Of a DNA stretch of 64,000 nucleotides, positions 60,141 through 64,000 are shown one piece after another. Position numbers and translations under genes: made by a program. How positions within the stretch are numbered: position 1 is the stretch's first letter; the number at the start of each line of letters is the position of its first letter. The stretch covers positions 248,001 to 312,000 of the forward strand of contig OZ245843.1 in NCBI GenBank assembly GCA_965228875.1, in the 5' to 3' direction. Under the pieces are notes generated by a model. It worked only from the letters and a program-made list of their open reading frames with translations. It did not search any database and was not told the origin of the DNA. The stretch is from Thalassobaculaceae bacterium. Its GTDB lineage: Bacteria > Pseudomonadota > Alphaproteobacteria > Thalassobaculales > Thalassobaculaceae.

Positions 60141-61724
60141 ATGCCCTTTCGGCATACCTTTCGTATTGCGCGCTTTGTCCTGGGATTCTGCGCGATGCTC
60201 GGCGCAGCCGCGGCTCTGGGCGCAAGCCCGGCCGCCGCAGACAACGTGCTGAGGATCGCCAACGCGGTCGAGGTCGACACGCTCGACCCGCATGTGGTCT
60301 CGGATACCGGCCGCCTGCCGTTCAAGATGAACACCTATGACGGCCTGTACCGCTGGGTCGGCAATCCGCCGGAGTTGATCCCCTGGTTGGCCGAGAGCCA
60401 TACGGTCTCCGAGGATGGGCTCACCTACACGTTCAAGCTGAGGGAAGGCGCCACCTTCCATGACGGGACCGAGGTGACGGCCGACGACGTGGTCTACTCG
60501 ATCGAGCGGATCCTGGCGCTGGGTCAGGGCCCGGCCCGTCTGTTCAAGCCGATCGTCGCTCCCGGGTCGACCAAGGCCGACGGCAAGTACACGGTGGTCT
60601 TCACCCTGAACCAGCCGGCCGCCCCCTTCGTCGCCACGGTGCCGGAACTGGTCGTCGTGAACTCGAAGCTGGTCAAGGAGCACGAGAAGGACGGCGATTG
60701 GGGCGCCGAGTGGCTCAGCCAGAACGGAGCGGCCAGTGGTCCGTTCCAGATCGTCGAGTGGGACCGTGCGGTCGGCTGGACGGCCGAGCGCTACCCCGAG
60801 CATTTCGCAGGCTGGGGGGAGAAGTACCTGGACGCCATCCGGTTCCGCACCATCCGCGAGCCGAACACCCAGTCGCTGATGCTGATGAAGGGCGATCTGG
60901 ACTTCTTCGTCGGCACCCTGTCCTCGGATCAGCTCGATCGGGTCGGCAAGGCCGACAATGTCGAGATCGTCCGCGAGAAGGGCATGCGCCTGTTCATGCT
61001 GGACATCAACAACCAGCGGCCGCCCTTCAACAACGTCCATCTGCGTCGCGCGATCTCCTATGCCTTCGACTACGACGCCTTCATCAACGGCGCGCTCGGC
61101 GGCAAGGTCGCCCGCAACGTCGCCCCGATTCCAGCCAACATGTGGGGCTATCCGGCCGATATCGAGGGCTATCACTACGACCTGGATAAGGCGCAAGAGG
61201 AGTTGGAGAAGTCCGGCGTGACCTTCTCCGAGCCGGTGAAGATCCACTCCATGACCGGCATCAGCCAGACCGAACAGGCCGCCATCATCATGCAGGCGGG
61301 CCTGCGCAAGATCGGCATCACCGCTGAGGTGGTGAGCGAGACCTGGCCGACCCTGGCCAACAAGGCCAAAGGCTGGGAGACGACGCCGGATATCTGGACC
61401 GTGTGGTCGGGCGCTCAGTATGTCGACCCGCATAACTGGACCGGCGACCAGTACAACAGCGCTAACTGGGGCTCCTGGAAGACCGGTACCTACTACAAGA
61501 ATCCGAAAGTCGACGAGATGATGGCCAAGGCCTACGTCTCCTCCGACAAGGCCGAGCGGACCCGTCTCTACGAGGAGGCCAACCGCCAGATCGTCGAGGA
61601 TGCGGCCGCCGTCTACATCTACAACCAGGATTGGTTCGGCGCGAAGAGCACCCGCATGAAGGGGTATCAGTACACGCCGGTGGGCAACGGCAATGACCTG
61701 CGGACGGTTTACATCGAAGAGTAA
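60141..61724 (+). CDS. Peptide/nickel-type ABC transporter substrate-binding protein
   Basis: Signal peptide, TLDP and YTFKLREGATFHDGTEVTADDV (SBP family 5). Confidence 0.92.
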   Translation: MPFRHTFRIARFVLGFCAMLGAAAALGASPAAADNVLRIANAVEVDTLDPHVVSDTGRLPFKMNTYDGLYRWVGNPPELIPWLAESHTVSEDGLTYTFKLREGATFHDGTEVTADDVVYSIERILALGQGPARLFKPIVAPGSTKADGKYTVVFTLNQPAAPFVATVPELVVVNSKLVKEHEKDGDWGAEWLSQNGAASGPFQIVEWDRAVGWTAERYPEHFAGWGEKYLDAIRFRTIREPNTQSLMLMKGDLDFFVGTLSSDQLDRVGKADNVEIVREKGMRLFMLDINNQRPPFNNVHLRRAISYAFDYDAFINGALGGKVARNVAPIPANMWGYPADIEGYHYDLDKAQEELEKSGVTFSEPVKIHSMTGISQTEQAAIIMQAGLRKIGITAEVVSETWPTLANKAKGWETTPDIWTVWSGAQYVDPHNWTGDQYNSANWGSWKTGTYYKNPKVDEMMAKAYVSSDKAERTRLYEEANRQIVEDAAAVYIYNQDWFGAKSTRMKGYQYTPVGNGNDLRTVYIEE

Positions 61725-61819
61725 CCGTGTCGTCGGAGACCGTTGCTCTGCGGTAGCGGCATCGGTCTCCCCTTTCTTTCGAAAGAACGTCATTCGAGCT
61801 GGGGACGGTCGATCTGACC

Positions 61820-62827
61820 ATGCGCTTTGCCAAATTTCTTCTGCAAAAGGCCCTCTGGAGCCTGGTGACGATCGTTGGTGTCGTCGTCATCACCTTCTGG
61901 ATCGCCTATGTCATCCCGGCCGACCCGGTCGCCTTCATGGCCGGCGAAGGGGCCTCGACCGAACAGGTCGACGAACTGCGCGCCAGGCTCGGCCTCGACC
62001 AACCGCTGTACCTCCAACTCCTCTACTATTTCGAGCGCCTGCTGCAGGGCGATCTCGGCAAGTCGCTGTTTACCAGCCGGCCGGTGGTTGACGACCTCTT
62101 CGCCCGGCTCCCGGCCACCCTGGAACTGACGGCGGTCGCCCTGGTGATTACCGTGCTGGTCGGCATTCCGGTCGGCGTGATTTCGGCACTGCACCGCAAT
62201 TCCTGGCTGGACCAGGCGATCCGCTTCCTCACCGTCTCCGGATTCGCCATCGCCAGTTTCTGGTTGGCGATCATGTTGCAGCTCTATTTCGCCATGTATC
62301 TCGACCTGCTGCCGCTCGGCCAGCGCATCGGCGTCGACGCCCCGCCTACGGTGACGGGATTTCTGCTGGTCGATTCCGTCATCGCCGGCGACGGCACCGC
62401 GTTCTGGAGTGCCCTGCTGCATCTGATCCTGCCGGCCATGACCCTGGCCTTTCCGGTCACCGCCACCATCGTGCGCTTCACCCGGGCGGGTTACCTGGAT
62501 GCCCTGGGCAAACCGTTCGTGGAGTACGAGAAGGCCATGGGCATGCCCCGCTCGCTGATCGTCTGGAAATACATCCTGCGCAACGCGCTGACCTCCACCA
62601 TCACCCAGTTCGGTCTGGTGTCCGGCGTGCTGCTGGGCGGGTCGGTCGTGATCGAGCGGATCTTCGACTGGCCCGGGATCGGCATCTACACAGTCGATTC
62701 CATTATCTTCTCCGACTACAACGCGATCATCGCGGTCACCCTGTGGGTCGCCATCATCTACGTCGTGGTCAATGTGATCGTCGATGCGCTGCACCGCCTC
62801 GTCGATCCGCGCGACGTGATCGGCTGA
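61820..62827 (+). CDS. ABC transporter permease (DppB-like)
   Basis: GLDQPLY, GDLGKS, RLPATLEL and IERIFDWPGIG motifs. Confidence 0.93.
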   Translation: MRFAKFLLQKALWSLVTIVGVVVITFWIAYVIPADPVAFMAGEGASTEQVDELRARLGLDQPLYLQLLYYFERLLQGDLGKSLFTSRPVVDDLFARLPATLELTAVALVITVLVGIPVGVISALHRNSWLDQAIRFLTVSGFAIASFWLAIMLQLYFAMYLDLLPLGQRIGVDAPPTVTGFLLVDSVIAGDGTAFWSALLHLILPAMTLAFPVTATIVRFTRAGYLDALGKPFVEYEKAMGMPRSLIVWKYILRNALTSTITQFGLVSGVLLGGSVVIERIFDWPGIGIYTVDSIIFSDYNAIIAVTLWVAIIYVVVNVIVDALHRLVDPRDVIG

Positions 62828-62839
62828 GAGGGCGCGGCG

Positions 62840-63751
62840 ATGAAAGGTCTTCTGTTCGTCCTCGGCAAACTGCTTGAGGACCGGCTGGCGGCGATCGGCG
62901 TCATCATCCTTTTCCTGCTGGTCCTGTGCGCGATTCTGGCGCCCTGGCTGGCGCCCTATCCGGACGATGTCTTCGACATCCATTTCGGTCAGCGCCTGGA
63001 GGCGCCGGGCTGGGAGCATCCGTTCGGCACGGACGCCAACGGCGCCGACATCCTGTCGCGCGTCCTGTTCGGCGCGCGAATCACCATCATGGTGGCGGTG
63101 ATCGCGGTCGGGGCGGCGATGATCGTCGGCGTGCCGCTCGGTCTGATCGCCGGGTTCAACGACGGCTGGGTCAGCCAGATCATCATGCGGATCGCCGAGA
63201 TATTCCTCGCCGTGCCGCAGGTCGTACTGGCAATCGCCATTGCCCAGGGACTCGGCCCCAGCCTGGAGAACGTGATCCTGGCGCTCTCCGTTACTTTCTG
63301 GCCGTGGTATACGCGGCTGGTCTACGCCGAGACCCTGTCGTTGCGCCGAGAGACGTTCATCGAAGCCTGCGACGCCCTGGGCGCCTCGCCGATGCGGGTG
63401 ATCGTGCTGCACGTTCTGCCGAACGTGGCATCGCCGATCATCGTGCGCACGACCCTGGGCATGGGTTTCACCATTCTGACCGCCGCCGCCCTCGGGTTCC
63501 TCGGCCTCGGTGCCCCGCCACCGACCCCGGAATGGGGCCGCATGATCGCGGAATCGCGGGAATACCTGCCGGAGGCTTGGTGGTTCGCCATGGCGCCCGG
63601 TCTCGCGATCTTCCTGGTCGTGCTCGGCTTCAATCTGGTCGGAGACGGCCTCCGCGACGTGCTCGACCCCCGCATCCGCCACGGTGCTTCGGCCAAGCCA
63701 GCAAAGGAAACCGCCAGACCGGCCGCTGCCGAGGAAGGAGCGGCGACATGA
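62840..63751 (+). CDS. ABC transporter permease (DppC-like)
   Basis: HPFGTD..DILSRV, PPTPEWG and FNLVGDGLRDVLDP motifs. Confidence 0.93.
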   Translation: MKGLLFVLGKLLEDRLAAIGVIILFLLVLCAILAPWLAPYPDDVFDIHFGQRLEAPGWEHPFGTDANGADILSRVLFGARITIMVAVIAVGAAMIVGVPLGLIAGFNDGWVSQIIMRIAEIFLAVPQVVLAIAIAQGLGPSLENVILALSVTFWPWYTRLVYAETLSLRRETFIEACDALGASPMRVIVLHVLPNVASPIIVRTTLGMGFTILTAAALGFLGLGAPPPTPEWGRMIAESREYLPEAWWFAMAPGLAIFLVVLGFNLVGDGLRDVLDPRIRHGASAKPAKETARPAAAEEGAAT

Positions 63752-64000
63752 CCGACCCATTGCTTGAGGTCCGCGATCTGCGCGCCGTCTATCACACCGA
63801 GCGGGGCGTCGCCGAGGTGCTCGACCGGGTCAACCTGACCATCGGGCGCGGCGAGGTGGTCGGGCTGGTCGGCGAGAGCGGCTGTGGCAAGTCCACGTTG
63901 GGACGCTCGATCCTCGGCATTTTGCCGGAGCCGGCGGGCGAGATCGTCGGCGGCTCGATCCGTTTCGACGGGGCCGAGCTGTTGGAGATCGATCCGGATC
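63748..64000 (+). CDS. ABC transporter ATP-binding protein (DppD-like), runs off window
   Basis: MTDPLLEVRDL..GLVGESGCGKST; ATGA overlap with the upstream permease. Confidence 0.92.
   Translation, partial: MTDPLLEVRDLRAVYHTERGVAEVLDRVNLTIGRGEVVGLVGESGCGKSTLGRSILGILPEPAGEIVGGSIRFDGAELLEIDPD

Overview
GC-rich alphaproteobacterial chromosome segment (Rhodospirillales-like, inferred from gene order and rRNA operon layout). 1-35 kb is core genome: a flagellar export cluster (TPR protein, fliP/fliO, flgBC-fliE-fliQR-flhB), cckA-recA-alaS, MoxR/VWA, NlpC/P60, hydantoinase/oxoprolinase A+B and a dispersed leucine/isovalerate (liu) cluster. 35-41 kb is a complete rRNA operon (16S, tRNA-Ala, tRNA-Ile, 23S, 5S, tRNA-fMet). 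Directly after tRNA-fMet a decayed island (about 41033-52910, closed by a 13-bp copy of the tRNA 3' end) carries the most interesting locus: a 1379-aa CHAT (caspase-like protease)-STAND ATPase-TPR protein with near-identical tandem repeats, divergently paired with a 132-aa single-TM protein that resembles an EACC1-type protease substrate. This is a candidate NLR-like, protease-activated cell-death/anti-phage system (function inferred, not shown). The island also holds a truncated Rep and a GntR/TRAP/tartrate-dehydrogenase module. It is followed by a resolvable nest of IS481, IS3 and IS630 elements (51.8-57.9 kb) and a deacetylase/2OG-oxygenase/peptide-type ABC cluster that runs off the window. 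All family assignments come from motif recognition by eye; no database searches were run.
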